DNA of 64,000 nt from Minisyncoccota bacterium (GCA_035627655.1 DASPLI010000001.1:112991-176990), one strand, 5' to 3'. Counted from the first letter of the stretch, positions 19,255-29,445 are shown. Made by a program: numbers and translations. The notes: generated by a model from the sequence alone, not told the origin.

Positions 19255-21393
19255 ATGGCGCGGCGAAAGACAAAAGAACCAAAGGCGTACGGAGAACTTC
19301 TGCGCTGGTCAGGCGGCATCATCCTGGTCGCCCTTGGCCTTATCCTTCTCCTGGCTCCCTTTGGCGGAGCAGGCTTTGCTGGTGATGCCCTGTTTACACT
19401 CGCGAAGAACCTCTTCGGGGTTGTAGCGTTTATTCTCCCCCTCCTATTGGTGGCTATTGGAGTGATGGTTATTCTCAAGCGCTCCTTTGTCTCACCAATG
19501 ACCGGTAGCGGTATTGCACTTATTGTCCTCTCTCTACTTGCCCTGTTTGGCATCGCCTCAGAAACCCTTGGCGGCATTGTAGGTACCTTTATTGGCGGAC
19601 TCACCTATGACCTATTCAGGTGGGGTGCCGTCGTTCTTCTCCTGGCGCTTGCACTCGTGGGACTCGTAATGGCGACCGACATTGTTGCGCTTATCACTCA
19701 TCTCTCAACCGCCGCTGAAAGAGCTGGCTCTGCGGCGCTTGCCGTTAAGCTGCCAACCCTTAAAGGACGGGCTCAGGACGAAGAGGACTATGAAGATGAG
19801 CCCGAACCTGTAGAAGCGGTTGCAGAGCCGCAGCGAGATATTGAGCCGACGGTTAAACATTTCAATGAAAAGACTGAGGTGACTGCAGCAACGGCCATCC
19901 CGAACTTCGATGCCGAGTATGATCCTCCTCCCCTTTCCATTCTTGGTGAAGATCGAGGAAAGCCGGGCGTCGGGGATATCAAGGCAAATGCCAATATCAT
20001 CAAGCGCACCTTCCAGAACTTTGGCATTTCTATAGAAATGGACGAAGTATCCATCGGTCCGACCGTTACCCGCTACGCCATCAAGCCAGCCGAAGGCGTC
20101 CGTCTCTCAAAGATTGTTTCTCTCCAAAACAACCTTGAGCTTGCCCTTGCTGCCCATCCCGTCCGTATTGAGGCTCCTATTCCGGGCAAGTCTCTTGTCG
20201 GTATTGAGGTGCCAAACGCCGCGAAGGCAATGGTAGGTCTTGGCGGCGTGCTCTCAGCACCAGAATGGGGTAATAGCGAGAAGCCGCTCCTGTCTGCTAT
20301 CGGGCGCGACATTGCCGGTACACCGCACTACGTAAACATTGCCAAGATGCCACACGGCCTTGTTGCTGGTGCAACGGGATCTGGAAAGTCAGTCGCTATC
20401 CACGCCCTTATTACCTCCCTGCTCTACCGCAACGGACCGAACCAGCTCCGGTTTATCATGATCGACCCAAAGCGCGTGGAGCTTACGCTCTATAACGGTA
20501 TTCCCCACCTCCTCACACCGGTTATTACCGACCCCAAGAAGGCAATCATGGCGCTCAAATGGGCCGCAAAGGAGATGGAGCGGCGCTACAACATTCTCGA
20601 GACCGAACAGGTGCGCGATATCGACTCCTACCACAAGACGGTCGTTGAGCCAGCAAAGAAACGCAAGTCTGCTGATATGCCGGAGTCAATGCCATATATC
20701 GTCGTGGTGATCGACGAGCTTGCTGACATCATGCAGAGCTACCCGCGCGAACTGGAAGCCGGTATCGTACGCCTTGCGCAGATGTCTCGTGCAGTCGGTA
20801 TCCACCTCATCCTCTCTACCCAGCGCCCATCAGTAAACGTCATTACCGGCCTCATCAAAGCGAACGTTCCGACACGTCTTGCGCTTCAGGTGGCAAGCCA
20901 GATAGATTCGCGCACCATTCTCGATTCTGGTGGCGCTGAGTCGTTGCTTGGCGCGGGAGACATGCTCTACCTCTCGTCAGATATGCAAAAGCCAGTGCGT
21001 CTCCAGACGGCCTTTATCAGCGAAGGCGAAGTAAAGAAGGTGGTGAGCTATATCAAGGAGCATAATGCCGGCTCGCTTGGAAGCCTCGATCTTGGTGGAG
21101 GCGGTACTAATGGTGGCCAACCAATTGAAATGAATGATGCGATTATGCTCGCAGGTGAAGAAGACGTTGATGATGATCTCTACCTTGCCGCTAAGGCGGC
21201 AGTCGAAGAAGCGGGACGTGCATCCACGTCCTACCTCCAGCGAAAGCTCCGCATTGGCTACTCGCGCGCAGCACGTCTTATGGATCTTCTTGAAGAAAAG
21301 GGAGTGATCGGCGCTGCTGACGGCTCTCGCCCACGCGACGTGCTTACGCGCACTGGCGCTGCTCCGGCTCCCGAAGAGGAAGCTCCCTACTAA
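19255..21393 (+). CDS. ftsK: DNA translocase FtsK/SpoIIIE
   Basis: 712 aa. N-terminal TM helices, Walker A ...VAGATGSGKSVAIHALITSLLY..., the motor-domain motif ...VVVIDELADIM..., and a C-terminal gamma domain ...ASTSYLQRKLRIGYSRAARLMDLLEEKGVIG. Confidence 0.9.
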   Translation: MARRKTKEPKAYGELLRWSGGIILVALGLILLLAPFGGAGFAGDALFTLAKNLFGVVAFILPLLLVAIGVMVILKRSFVSPMTGSGIALIVLSLLALFGIASETLGGIVGTFIGGLTYDLFRWGAVVLLLALALVGLVMATDIVALITHLSTAAERAGSAALAVKLPTLKGRAQDEEDYEDEPEPVEAVAEPQRDIEPTVKHFNEKTEVTAATAIPNFDAEYDPPPLSILGEDRGKPGVGDIKANANIIKRTFQNFGISIEMDEVSIGPTVTRYAIKPAEGVRLSKIVSLQNNLELALAAHPVRIEAPIPGKSLVGIEVPNAAKAMVGLGGVLSAPEWGNSEKPLLSAIGRDIAGTPHYVNIAKMPHGLVAGATGSGKSVAIHALITSLLYRNGPNQLRFIMIDPKRVELTLYNGIPHLLTPVITDPKKAIMALKWAAKEMERRYNILETEQVRDIDSYHKTVVEPAKKRKSADMPESMPYIVVVIDELADIMQSYPRELEAGIVRLAQMSRAVGIHLILSTQRPSVNVITGLIKANVPTRLALQVASQIDSRTILDSGGAESLLGAGDMLYLSSDMQKPVRLQTAFISEGEVKKVVSYIKEHNAGSLGSLDLGGGGTNGGQPIEMNDAIMLAGEEDVDDDLYLAAKAAVEEAGRASTSYLQRKLRIGYSRAARLMDLLEEKGVIGAADGSRPRDVLTRTGAAPAPEEEAPY

Positions 21394-21717
21394 ATGATTC
21401 GTATTGTTGTCGGATTCGTTCTTCTTCTGCTTGTCGGATACGGTGCAGTAAAAGCAGTACCGCTTCTTTCAGGTCCCTCCCTTGTCATCGCTACCCCCAG
21501 CAACTACACAACTTCTGCCGACGGGTTCATGACCGTTTCAGGCGTAGCACGCAATACTGAAGCCCTCTTTTTGAATGGCGGCCCCTTGTTGATCGACCCA
21601 GATGGGCGCTTTTCAAAGGAACTCCTCCTCCCTTCTGGTGGAGCTATACTTACCTTTACCGCGCGCGATCGTTTCGGCCGCAGTTCGACTGAAACGCGCA
21701 CCGTGTATACACCCTAA
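21394..21717 (+). CDS. Hypothetical small membrane-anchored protein
   Basis: 107 aa. Its ATG overlaps the ftsK stop (TAAATG). N-terminal [18 protein letters not shown]. Confidence 0.45.
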   Translation: MIRIVVGFVLLLLVGYGAVKAVPLLSGPSLVIATPSNYTTSADGFMTVSGVARNTEALFLNGGPLLIDPDGRFSKELLLPSGGAILTFTARDRFGRSSTETRTVYTP

Positions 21718-21725
21718 TAACTCTT

Positions 21726-22787
21726 ATGGCTCTCAAGAAAAAGGTGAAAAAGACTGCTGACGAAGAACGAGGTGCAAAGATTGCGAAGGCACCAGAAACC
21801 GCTGACGACCGCACAAAGGCGGTTGAGCAAGCACTCAAGGAAATCAAGACGAAGTTTGGCGAAGAAGCCATCATGACCTTCGGCACCGGCAAGGTTGCCG
21901 CTATCCCCTCCATTCCAACCGGATCTATTGGTCTTGATGCCGCGCTTGGTATCGGCGGTCTTCCCCGTGGCCGCATCGTTGAAATTTTTGGCCCTGAATC
22001 ATCAGGTAAAACCACGCTCGCTCTTCATGCAATCGCTGAGGCGCAGAAGAAAGGTGGAATCTGCGCCTTCGTAGATGCGGAGCACGCGCTCGACCCTGAA
22101 TATGCTCGAAAGATTGGCGTAAAACTCAATGAGCTTCTTATTTCGCAGCCAGACACTGGCGAACAGGCGCTCGAGATCGTTGACTCGCTCGTGCGGGCAA
22201 ACTCCGTAGACATTATCGTCGTTGACTCTGTCGCAGCACTCACGCCGAAAGACGAGCTTGAGGGAGAGATGGGACAACAGCACGTCGGTCGCCAGGCGCG
22301 CCTCATGGCGCAGGCGCTCCGCAAGTTGACCGCTATTACAGCAAAGTCAAAGACGATCATCATCTTTATCAATCAGATCCGCATGCAGATCGGCGTGATG
22401 TTTGGAAACCCAGAGACCACCCCAGGCGGCAAGGCGCTCAAGTTCTATACGTCCGTCCGTCTCGATATTCGCCGTATTGCACAGATCAAGAAAGGTGAAG
22501 AAGTAGTCGGCGGCCGCGTGCGCGTGAAGGTCGTGAAGAATAAGGTTGCTGCTCCGTTCAAGACAACTGAATTCGACCTTCTGTATAACGAAGGCATCAG
22601 CCGCGAGGGAGAGCTTCTCGCGCTCGGCGAGAAATACGACATCATTGAGAAGTCTGGTGCCTCGTACAAGTTCGGCGAGATCCCGCTTGGACGCGGCTAC
22701 GACGCATCACGAACCTTTCTTCGAGAGAACAAGCCGATTGCAAACGATATCTTGAAACAAATCCGAGCAAGGCTCGAGCAATCCTAA
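21726..22787 (+). CDS. recA: Recombinase RecA
   Basis: 353 aa. ...[51 protein letters not shown]... (Walker A plus RecA L1/L2 regions). Confidence 0.95.
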   Translation: MALKKKVKKTADEERGAKIAKAPETADDRTKAVEQALKEIKTKFGEEAIMTFGTGKVAAIPSIPTGSIGLDAALGIGGLPRGRIVEIFGPESSGKTTLALHAIAEAQKKGGICAFVDAEHALDPEYARKIGVKLNELLISQPDTGEQALEIVDSLVRANSVDIIVVDSVAALTPKDELEGEMGQQHVGRQARLMAQALRKLTAITAKSKTIIIFINQIRMQIGVMFGNPETTPGGKALKFYTSVRLDIRRIAQIKKGEEVVGGRVRVKVVKNKVAAPFKTTEFDLLYNEGISREGELLALGEKYDIIEKSGASYKFGEIPLGRGYDASRTFLRENKPIANDILKQIRARLEQS

Positions 22788-22835
22788 AACGTAAAAGAGC
22801 CGCTGTCGAGAAGACAGCGGCTCTCTGTTTCGGCA

Positions 22836-23744
22836 TTAATCTGCCGATTCCTCGCGATTCCAATCGCCGACCGAGACGTTTTGGATAGAAAGGCTTTGCA
22901 GCCAGTCCGGTCGAATGGCCGGATTGTCTTCGAGCTGGAGCCCGAGACGAACCGACATCGGCACGGACGCTTGGCTGCGTCCCGCCCAGTACCCTGCTTC
23001 GCCAACGGCCGTCTGACCAGGCGCCGCTTCAGCACGAATAAGGCGCTCCATTTCAGGCTTGAGAAGATCAACGATCTCCTGGCCCAAATAGAATTCGTTT
23101 CCGCCGTCTCGATTTAGATCGGGCGGATGGTTACGAATCTGCGCCTCGAGCTCCGGGGTAAGCACCGCACTCCATTCCAGAGTGAAGCGGACATTGACCC
23201 AGTCGCTGTCGCTCATGGGAATCCGAGCATCGAAGACGCCGGAATCCGTGAGCGGCACCCGTAAGCTTGTAGGCTCCTGATAGTTGCGGGCGACCGACTG
23301 CCCTGCTGTGAGTATAGAACCGTCAGCCGTGATTCGGATTTCTCCGGGAGCGACCGTGTGTGTGTTTGACGAAGCCGTAACAAGCCCCACAAACAGCCAA
23401 CCAACAATCGCCATGACGGCGAAGAAGGTCACCGGTGGCCACACAAGCTCGCTGCGGAACCGGTTCCACTGCCAAGAGCCGACAGCTGGTGCCAGGCTCC
23501 AACCCAGAATACCGCCGCCAATCAGTGCGACCCAGACAAGTGCCGAGGCAAGATTGGAAGCGTTGTTTTCAAGATCCCCGACGAGCGAGGCGGTTGCAAG
23601 CGTGCCAAGCGCCGCAAGCGCAAGAACGAGAGCAACCAGGAGGCCAGCAAGGTTGAGGAGAAAGAAGCTGACGGCACGGCCAAATGCTGGCAACCATCGA
23701 TTCTTTCGGTCCCGGGTATCGTAGTCTGTGTCTATCACCGTCAT
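22836..23744 (-). CDS. Hypothetical membrane protein (three N-terminal TM helices plus a soluble C-terminal domain)
   Basis: 302 aa. No family recognised. Divergently arranged with efp. Confidence 0.45.
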   Translation of the reverse strand: MTVIDTDYDTRDRKNRWLPAFGRAVSFFLLNLAGLLVALVLALAALGTLATASLVGDLENNASNLASALVWVALIGGGILGWSLAPAVGSWQWNRFRSELVWPPVTFFAVMAIVGWLFVGLVTASSNTHTVAPGEIRITADGSILTAGQSVARNYQEPTSLRVPLTDSGVFDARIPMSDSDWVNVRFTLEWSAVLTPELEAQIRNHPPDLNRDGGNEFYLGQEIVDLLKPEMERLIRAEAAPGQTAVGEAGYWAGRSQASVPMSVRLGLQLEDNPAIRPDWLQSLSIQNVSVGDWNREESAD

Positions 23745-23826
23745 GTGACAGTACCCTTTCCGTAGTAACAGATCGATTTGATCCGTCGACGATTATGTCC
23801 CATAACTAGTATATGTCAAAGGCTCG

Positions 23827-23855
23827 TTGAAATCATCGCGGCTTTCAGCTACTAT
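23827..23855 (+). promoter_or_regulatory. Sigma-70-like promoter for efp
   Basis: TTGAAA, 17-nt spacer, TACTAT; ~30 nt upstream of the efp ATG. Confidence 0.5.
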
Positions 23856-23886
23856 TTCCCCACTAACCCGCCTTCGGGCATTTTTT

Positions 23887-24462
23887 ATGGCAATTCTTTC
23901 CTACAACGAAATTACCCAAAAGAAGGTCATCGAATACAACGGCGAGCCGTACAAGGTGCTCTCCTCGCACGTGTTCCGCATGCAACAGCGCAAGCCGGTC
24001 AACCAGACGAAGCTGCAGCACCTGGTTTCCGGAAAGGTCGTGGAGATCTCCTTTCATCAGAACGAATCGGTACCGGAAGCCGATATCGAAACCATGGACG
24101 CAACATATCTCTACACCAACCGCGGCGAATCGTGGTTCTGCGAGGCGGGCAATCCAAAGAATCGGTTCTCTTTCCCTGAGGATGTCGTGCATGAGAAAGT
24201 GCAATGGCTTATTCAGAACGCTCCGGTAGAAGTGTTGGTCTATAAGGAAAAGCCGATCATGGTAGAGATTCCAGTCAAAGTTGACCTCAAGGTGACCGAA
24301 GCACCTCCGGCGGTCAAAGGAGACACCGCAACGGGCGGCTCCAAGCAGGTCACCCTTGAATCAGGCGCAACTGTCTCTACCCCGCTTTTCATCAACGAAG
24401 GAGATGTTCTTCGTATCAACACCGAAACCGGCGAATACGTAGAACGCATGGAAAAGGCGTAA
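23887..24462 (+). CDS. efp: Translation elongation factor P
   Basis: Start at MAILSYNEITQKKVIEYNGEPYKVLSSHVFRMQQRKPVNQTKLQHLVSGKV... The KPG-loop region is conserved (...RMQQRKPV...). The ORF-track N-terminal extension overlaps the promoter and is rejected. Confidence 0.85.
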   Translation: MAILSYNEITQKKVIEYNGEPYKVLSSHVFRMQQRKPVNQTKLQHLVSGKVVEISFHQNESVPEADIETMDATYLYTNRGESWFCEAGNPKNRFSFPEDVVHEKVQWLIQNAPVEVLVYKEKPIMVEIPVKVDLKVTEAPPAVKGDTATGGSKQVTLESGATVSTPLFINEGDVLRINTETGEYVERMEKA

Positions 24463-24557
24463 TATACTCCTTTCCAGACAGTCACCCGTGGAGAGTGGGC
24501 AAGGTAGGAGGGTTCTCCAACGGGTCGGGCGTCGACTCTCCTACCGTTCTCCAAACG

Positions 24558-24583
24558 AAAAGACCGCTCAGTGAGCGGTCTTT
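24558..24583. terminator. Intrinsic terminator between efp (+) and rpsR (-)
   Basis: Palindrome AAAGACCGCTCA-G-TGAGCGGTCTTT, located just downstream of the rpsR stop. Confidence 0.55.
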
Positions 24584-24599
24584 CCTGTACTACACCGTC

Positions 24600-24806
24600 T
24601 TACGCTGAGAGATACGGCAAGAGCGCCATATAGCGAGCGCGCTTGATTGCAAGTGCAATCTGGCGCTGCTTCTCAGCGGACATGCCCGTGCGCTTCTTGG
24701 GAAGCATCTTGGCATGCGGGTTCATGAACTTGCGAAGATAGCCGACGTCTTTGTAGTCGACAAACTTCTTGTGTTCGATTTCCTCTCGTTCTGCTTGATA
24801 TGCCAT
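24600..24806 (-). CDS. rpsR: 30S ribosomal protein S18
   Basis: 68 aa. ...KKFVDYKDVGYLRKFMNPHAKMLPKKRTGMSAEKQRQIALAIKRARYMALLPY. Confidence 0.9.
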   Translation of the reverse strand: MAYQAEREEIEHKKFVDYKDVGYLRKFMNPHAKMLPKKRTGMSAEKQRQIALAIKRARYMALLPYLSA

Positions 24807-24817
24807 AGTTTCAATAA

Positions 24818-25255
24818 TTAAAACGGAATGTCTTCCGGGTTGATCTCCTCATCTGGGTACTGAATCTGGTCGCCCGAATCCTGCTGCGGCGCTTCGTCGC
24901 GATCATCGCCGCGACCGCCACCAGCAGCCCCGCCGCCCGGACCAAACTGGAAGTTCTCAACGACAATTTCCGTTCGGTACTGCTTGGAGCCATCCTTCTC
25001 CCAAGAACGGGTCTGGATGCGGCCCTCGACGAAGATGGGGCGGCCCTTCTTCATGTACTGCCCGATAAGCTCTGCCTGACGGCCGAACGCGACGACGTTA
25101 TGGTACTCAACCTGCTCCTTCTTTGCCCCATCGCGGTCCTTATAGACGCGGTTGGTGGCAATGGAGAAGTTTGCTACCTGCTGGCCCGACGGAAGCGCCC
25201 GCATTTCAGGGTCGCGGGTGAGGTTTCCGTAGATAAAGGCCTTGTTGAGGTACAT
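24818..25255 (-). CDS. ssb: Single-stranded DNA-binding protein
   Basis: 145 aa. OB-fold MYLNKAFIYGNLTRDPEMRALPSGQQVANFSIATNR..., a Gly-rich linker, and an acidic tail ending DIPF. Confidence 0.9.
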   Translation of the reverse strand: MYLNKAFIYGNLTRDPEMRALPSGQQVANFSIATNRVYKDRDGAKKEQVEYHNVVAFGRQAELIGQYMKKGRPIFVEGRIQTRSWEKDGSKQYRTEIVVENFQFGPGGGAAGGGRGDDRDEAPQQDSGDQIQYPDEEINPEDIPF

Positions 25256-25262
25256 GCAGTAA

Positions 25263-25751
25263 TTATACTCCTACCTCCTTGAGCGCAGCGTCGATTTCGG
25301 CATCAGACACCTCAGGCTCTCCTTCCGGTTCTGAGACCTTTGCAAGAAGCTCCTGCATCTCCGCAGAGTGGCGAGCCTCCTCCTTGGTCGTGCGAAGGTC
25401 GATGAAGCGGAATACGCGGGACTCACCCTTTACCGCCTCCAGGGCGGCATCATGCCCTTCCCCGTCTACTTCGTACGCAATCCACGAGAAGTGGCTTGCA
25501 TCGAAGTCGCGGCGACCTCCCTGCTCCTGACGATAGATCGTGTACGCAAGCGGGATTTTGACCGGCTCGCCCTCAGCGACAATCTCGCCCTTGATAGCAT
25601 CGCGAATACCCTGGTAGACCTTGCGAGCCTCCTCTGCAGTGAGCTCAGGATCAATGTGAAAACCGAGCTCGTAGACACGAGGCTCTGCGTGATTATCGTC
25701 CTCTGTCATGACGTCTTCGACGTCGAGGACCTCTTTCTCCTTCTTTGCCAT
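25263..25751 (-). CDS. rpsF: 30S ribosomal protein S6 (with an acidic C-terminal extension)
   Basis: 162 aa. ...RVYELGFHIDPELTAEEARKVYQGIRDAIKGEIVAEGEPVKIPLAYTIYRQ... First gene of the classic rpsF-ssb-rpsR operon. Confidence 0.8.
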   Translation of the reverse strand: MAKKEKEVLDVEDVMTEDDNHAEPRVYELGFHIDPELTAEEARKVYQGIRDAIKGEIVAEGEPVKIPLAYTIYRQEQGGRRDFDASHFSWIAYEVDGEGHDAALEAVKGESRVFRFIDLRTTKEEARHSAEMQELLAKVSEPEGEPEVSDAEIDAALKEVGV

Positions 25752-25806
25752 GATGGGGGCATCCTAGCACGGCCTATTTCCGAGGGCAAACCGCCCCAGG
25801 CGGGCC

Positions 25807-26598
25807 CTAGGAGAGCCGAAACACCCTCCGGGCGTTCTCAAGCATGGCCAGACGGATGGTTTCCTCGTCTTCCCCTCGAATACGGGCTATAGCCTTCACC
25901 ACCTCTCGTACAGCAAGCGGGTCATTGCGCTTCCCGCGATTGGGTGCCGGCGCAACGTACGGAGCGTCCGTTTCCGAAAGAATGGCAGAGAGAGGAAGGA
26001 ATCGGACCACGTCATCGTAGTCGCTCGTAAAGGTAAGCACGGCAGTAAAAGAAAAGGTGCACCCAAGGGCAAGAAGTTCTTTTGTAACCTCGATGTTTCC
26101 GACATAAAAATGCATGTTCCCGCGCACACGCGCTCCGTGACGTTCCTGTGCAGCTTTCAAGAGCGTGATTGTGTCTTCATAGGCGTTCATTGATCCTTTG
26201 GAGGGGCGCGCATGAATCATGAGGGGCTTATCAAGCTCTGCCGCAAGATCGATCTGCGCGACAAATGCATTTTTCTGACGGTCTTTCTCCTCCTCTGGGT
26301 TTTCCGGCCGGTAATAATCAAGCCCGCACTCCCCTATCGCAACTACCTTTGGATCCTGTCCAAGTGTTTTATAGAAATCGTGATCGTACCCTTCCTGCGG
26401 CTTATCGTTTGGATGGAGGCCAATGGTTGCAAAATAGGTTGTGCCGTCTGCAAGCGCGACTGCCTTCTCAGATGATTCTCGATCGGTACCAACAATGATG
26501 CCGCCAACGTCCGCTTCTCGCATGGCAGCAAACACGGCGTCACGGTCGGCGTCGTACGGTTCGTATTGAATATGGCAGTGCGCATCGAAATACCGCAT
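25807..26598 (-). CDS. tatD: TatD-family metal-dependent deoxyribonuclease
   Basis: MRYFDAHCHIQYEPYDADRD..., ...FATIGLHPND..., ...GECGLDYYR... The start could alternatively be 26610. Confidence 0.8.
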   Translation of the reverse strand: MRYFDAHCHIQYEPYDADRDAVFAAMREADVGGIIVGTDRESSEKAVALADGTTYFATIGLHPNDKPQEGYDHDFYKTLGQDPKVVAIGECGLDYYRPENPEEEKDRQKNAFVAQIDLAAELDKPLMIHARPSKGSMNAYEDTITLLKAAQERHGARVRGNMHFYVGNIEVTKELLALGCTFSFTAVLTFTSDYDDVVRFLPLSAILSETDAPYVAPAPNRGKRNDPLAVREVVKAIARIRGEDEETIRLAMLENARRVFRLS

Positions 26599-26667
26599 GC
26601 GAGCTACCATACCATAACGAGTTCGCCGCGCCCCAGGATATACATCCCAAGACGCGGCGTGGTTCGG

Positions 26668-26862
26668 TTATTCGACGACCATCAAGGCCAAGCTCGCGAG
26701 GGCGCCGTTGGCGATGCCCCCGAAAGCCTTCAGACCCGCTTCTTCATGTTGACGCAGCAGCGTGCGGCGCTCGGTGAGGAGCTCGCGCGCTTCTACAAGC
26801 GGGCTGGGCTCTGCAAGAGCCGCAGCAAGAGTGTCGTTCGACGAACCATTTTGATGTGACAT
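26668..26862 (-). CDS. Small hypothetical protein (64 aa)
   Basis: MSHQNGSSNDTLAAALAEPSPLVEARELLTERRTLLRQHEEAGLKAFGGIANGALASLALMVVE. The RBS AGGAG sits 6 nt before the ATG and a near-consensus promoter lies upstream. Confidence 0.5.
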   Translation of the reverse strand: MSHQNGSSNDTLAAALAEPSPLVEARELLTERRTLLRQHEEAGLKAFGGIANGALASLALMVVE

Positions 26863-26907
26863 CTGAATGCTCCTGTTACGGGCGAGACGTCCACCTACCC
26901 AATGTCC

Positions 26908-26936
26908 ATAGTATCACACTATGGTGAATATGTCAA
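26908..26936 (-). promoter_or_regulatory. Near-consensus sigma-70 promoter for the small ORF and probably tatD
   Basis: On the minus strand: TTGACA, 17-nt spacer (tattcaccatagtgtga), TACTAT; directly after the metG stop. Confidence 0.55.
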
Positions 26937-26941
26937 TAGCC

Positions 26942-28378
26942 CTACGGAAGTCGCGGGAAGAGGTTTTCTGGCTTTCGGTTATCACGAACGGCAGCCTGTA
27001 TTGCCTCGGCAGTCGCCGGCAGTACGGGAGCGAGGTGTGCGGCAAGTTTTGCAAGGTGACGTACCAGCTTCTCAATGTCTGCAATCGCCTCCCCTTTCGT
27101 TTCCTCTTGCTTCACCTTCTTATATGGCTCCCGTTCCGTCATATAGGCGTCTCCCTGAGCTACATGCTCGAACACGAGATCAAGTGCCTGCTGGAACTCG
27201 AACGCCTGTAAACGGTCGGTGAACGCCGCTTCAAGTACAGTGTCTTGATCCGTAAGAGCAATCGGCGCAACAAGATGCTCCTCTGCAAGCTTCATGACGC
27301 GTGCGACAAGATTCCCCAGTCCATTGACGAGGTTTGCGGTGTACCACTCATCAAGTCGCTCCCAGGTGACATCTGAATCTTCGAACGGATGCACGTGGCG
27401 AAGCAGGAGGTAACGGGTTGCGTCCGTTCCGTACTTTGCCGTGAGCTCATACGGATTTATGACGTTTCCAAGCGACTTAGACATCTTCTGTCCACCGGAT
27501 GTGATGAAGCCGTGATAGAACACCTGGTCGCTATTTTTGATGCCTGCAGAAAAAAGCATTGCTTGCCACATGAGTGACTGAAAACGGACCTGATCCTTCC
27601 CCGCTACCTGCAGCGCCAGACCGTCGAGCCAGAACTTCTTGAAGTTCCCTTCTTCGTTTGGCCAGCCGAGCGTTGAGATGTAATTAGTGAGCGCATCAAA
27701 CCAGACATACATGACCTGAGTGTCGTCTCCCGGCACTGGCACACCCCACGAAAGGCGCGCTTTCTCGCGAGAGATGCTGAAATCTTCAAGACCACCCTTC
27801 ACAAAAGCAATCGCCTCTTCTCGACGCCAGTCCGGTACAACAACATTCGGACGAGCGAGATACTCTAGAAGCTTGTCCTGATATTTTGAGAAACGGAAAA
27901 AGTAGTTTTCTTCGGTAAGCGTCTGGAGCTCTTGGTTCGGATGCAGCAAGCAGCGTCCTGCATCGTCGAGATCCTTTTCCGTCTTATAGGATTCGCACCC
28001 GACGCAGTATTGGCCAGAATATGATTTTTTATAGATATCCCCCGCTGCATCACAGCGGCGCCACATCTCCTGCGCTGCGGCATAGTGTTCTGGATTCGTC
28101 GTACGGATAAAAGTGTCGTTGCTGAGAGCAAGCGCTTCTTTGAGCTTGCGGAACTCCGCGGCGTAGTGATCGGTATACGCTTTGACATCCTGTCCGGCTT
28201 TCTCCGACGCTTCAAAAATCTTCTGTCCATGCTCGTCAGTTCCCGTCGAGAAAAAGACTCTATCTCCCGTGAGTCGCCAGAAACGAGCAAGTGCATCTGC
28301 CTGAATAATCTCGAGTGCAAATCCGATGTGCGGATCTGCATTTACATACGGAAGCGTCGTCGTGATGTAGCGGTTCAT
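26942..28378 (-). CDS. metG: Methionyl-tRNA synthetase (short form, no C-terminal tRNA-binding domain)
   Basis: 478 aa. ...TTTLPYVNADPHIGFALE... (HIGH-region variant), ...GQKMSKSLGNVI... (KMSKS), MetRS anticodon-binding helices. Confidence 0.9.
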   Translation of the reverse strand: MNRYITTTLPYVNADPHIGFALEIIQADALARFWRLTGDRVFFSTGTDEHGQKIFEASEKAGQDVKAYTDHYAAEFRKLKEALALSNDTFIRTTNPEHYAAAQEMWRRCDAAGDIYKKSYSGQYCVGCESYKTEKDLDDAGRCLLHPNQELQTLTEENYFFRFSKYQDKLLEYLARPNVVVPDWRREEAIAFVKGGLEDFSISREKARLSWGVPVPGDDTQVMYVWFDALTNYISTLGWPNEEGNFKKFWLDGLALQVAGKDQVRFQSLMWQAMLFSAGIKNSDQVFYHGFITSGGQKMSKSLGNVINPYELTAKYGTDATRYLLLRHVHPFEDSDVTWERLDEWYTANLVNGLGNLVARVMKLAEEHLVAPIALTDQDTVLEAAFTDRLQAFEFQQALDLVFEHVAQGDAYMTEREPYKKVKQEETKGEAIADIEKLVRHLAKLAAHLAPVLPATAEAIQAAVRDNRKPENLFPRLP

Positions 28379-29409
28379 TCTGGCTGCGATACCTTCCCTT
28401 TCTGAAGATCAGACACGAATTCCTGGATACAGGCGGCGGCAGGAACAGCAAGCAGCACGCCAAGGAAACCTGCCAGCTGACCACCCGCAAGAAGCGCGAT
28501 GATGACGATAATAGGCGGCACGCCCACAATCTTTTTCACCACGAGCGGATAGATAAGGTGTGCCTGGAACTGGTTCACGATGAGATAGAGACCAGCAACT
28601 ACGACCGCAAGCGTCAGGTCTCCAGATATGAGTGCTACGAGAATGCCGGGAACGGCAGCGACAAGCGAGCCGAATACCGGAATCAACTCCATAACGCCCG
28701 CAAAGATAGCGAGCAGGAGCGCGTACTGGACGCCCAGGAGCGAAAGACCAAGGAAAAGGAGTACTGTGATGATCACCGAGAGCAGAATCTGTCCCTGCAT
28801 CCAGAGACCAATCTTCTTCTGAGAGCGCTTCCAGAGACCAAGAATGTAGTCGCGATGCTTCGCTGGAGTCACGAGGCGCAGGAAGTCGTCGATGCCTGTC
28901 TCCTGAAGGGAGAAGTAGATTGAGACAACCATCGTAAGAAGGAAGTAGACAGCGCCGCCGAAGATCGACGATACGAACTGGAGAACGCCGGCGCCGGTAT
29001 CGACGAAGGCATTCTGGAGCTGCACGATCGATTCGGTAAACGACGGACCAACAACAGTTCCCTCAAGAAACGGTAGCGAGGTGAGGTTGCTGACCTGGCT
29101 TGCGTACTGTGGAAGCACGGCCAGGACCGCAATCGCTTCTGCAAGCATGGGTGGGATAAAGAACCATACCAGCATCACCAGAAGGGCGATAATAAGCGCG
29201 TAGACAAGCACAACCGCAAGCGGACGGGGGAACTTACGTCTGAGGAAGAACTCGACGCCTGGCTCTACCGCTGACGCGATCACAATCGCCGAAAGAAGCA
29301 TGAGCACCAAGGTCGAGAGCTGCCAGAACGCCCAGGCGGCAGCCACGACAATAAGGACTTTTACCAGGGTTCCGAATGATACCGAGACGGAGAGGTGGCG
29401 GTATTCCAT
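28375..29409 (-). CDS. AI-2E family transporter (UPF0118/PerM/YhhT-like)
   Basis: 344 aa, 7-8 TM helices. ...GLWMQGQILLSVIITVLLFLGLSLLGVQYALLLAIFAGVMELIPVFGSLVAAVPGILVAL... is typical of PF01594. Confidence 0.75.
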   Translation of the reverse strand: MEYRHLSVSVSFGTLVKVLIVVAAAWAFWQLSTLVLMLLSAIVIASAVEPGVEFFLRRKFPRPLAVVLVYALIIALLVMLVWFFIPPMLAEAIAVLAVLPQYASQVSNLTSLPFLEGTVVGPSFTESIVQLQNAFVDTGAGVLQFVSSIFGGAVYFLLTMVVSIYFSLQETGIDDFLRLVTPAKHRDYILGLWKRSQKKIGLWMQGQILLSVIITVLLFLGLSLLGVQYALLLAIFAGVMELIPVFGSLVAAVPGILVALISGDLTLAVVVAGLYLIVNQFQAHLIYPLVVKKIVGVPPIIVIIALLAGGQLAGFLGVLLAVPAAACIQEFVSDLQKGKVSQPE

Positions 29410-29445
29410 GGGGCTGATACTAGCACAACCGCCGCAAAGCAGCTG

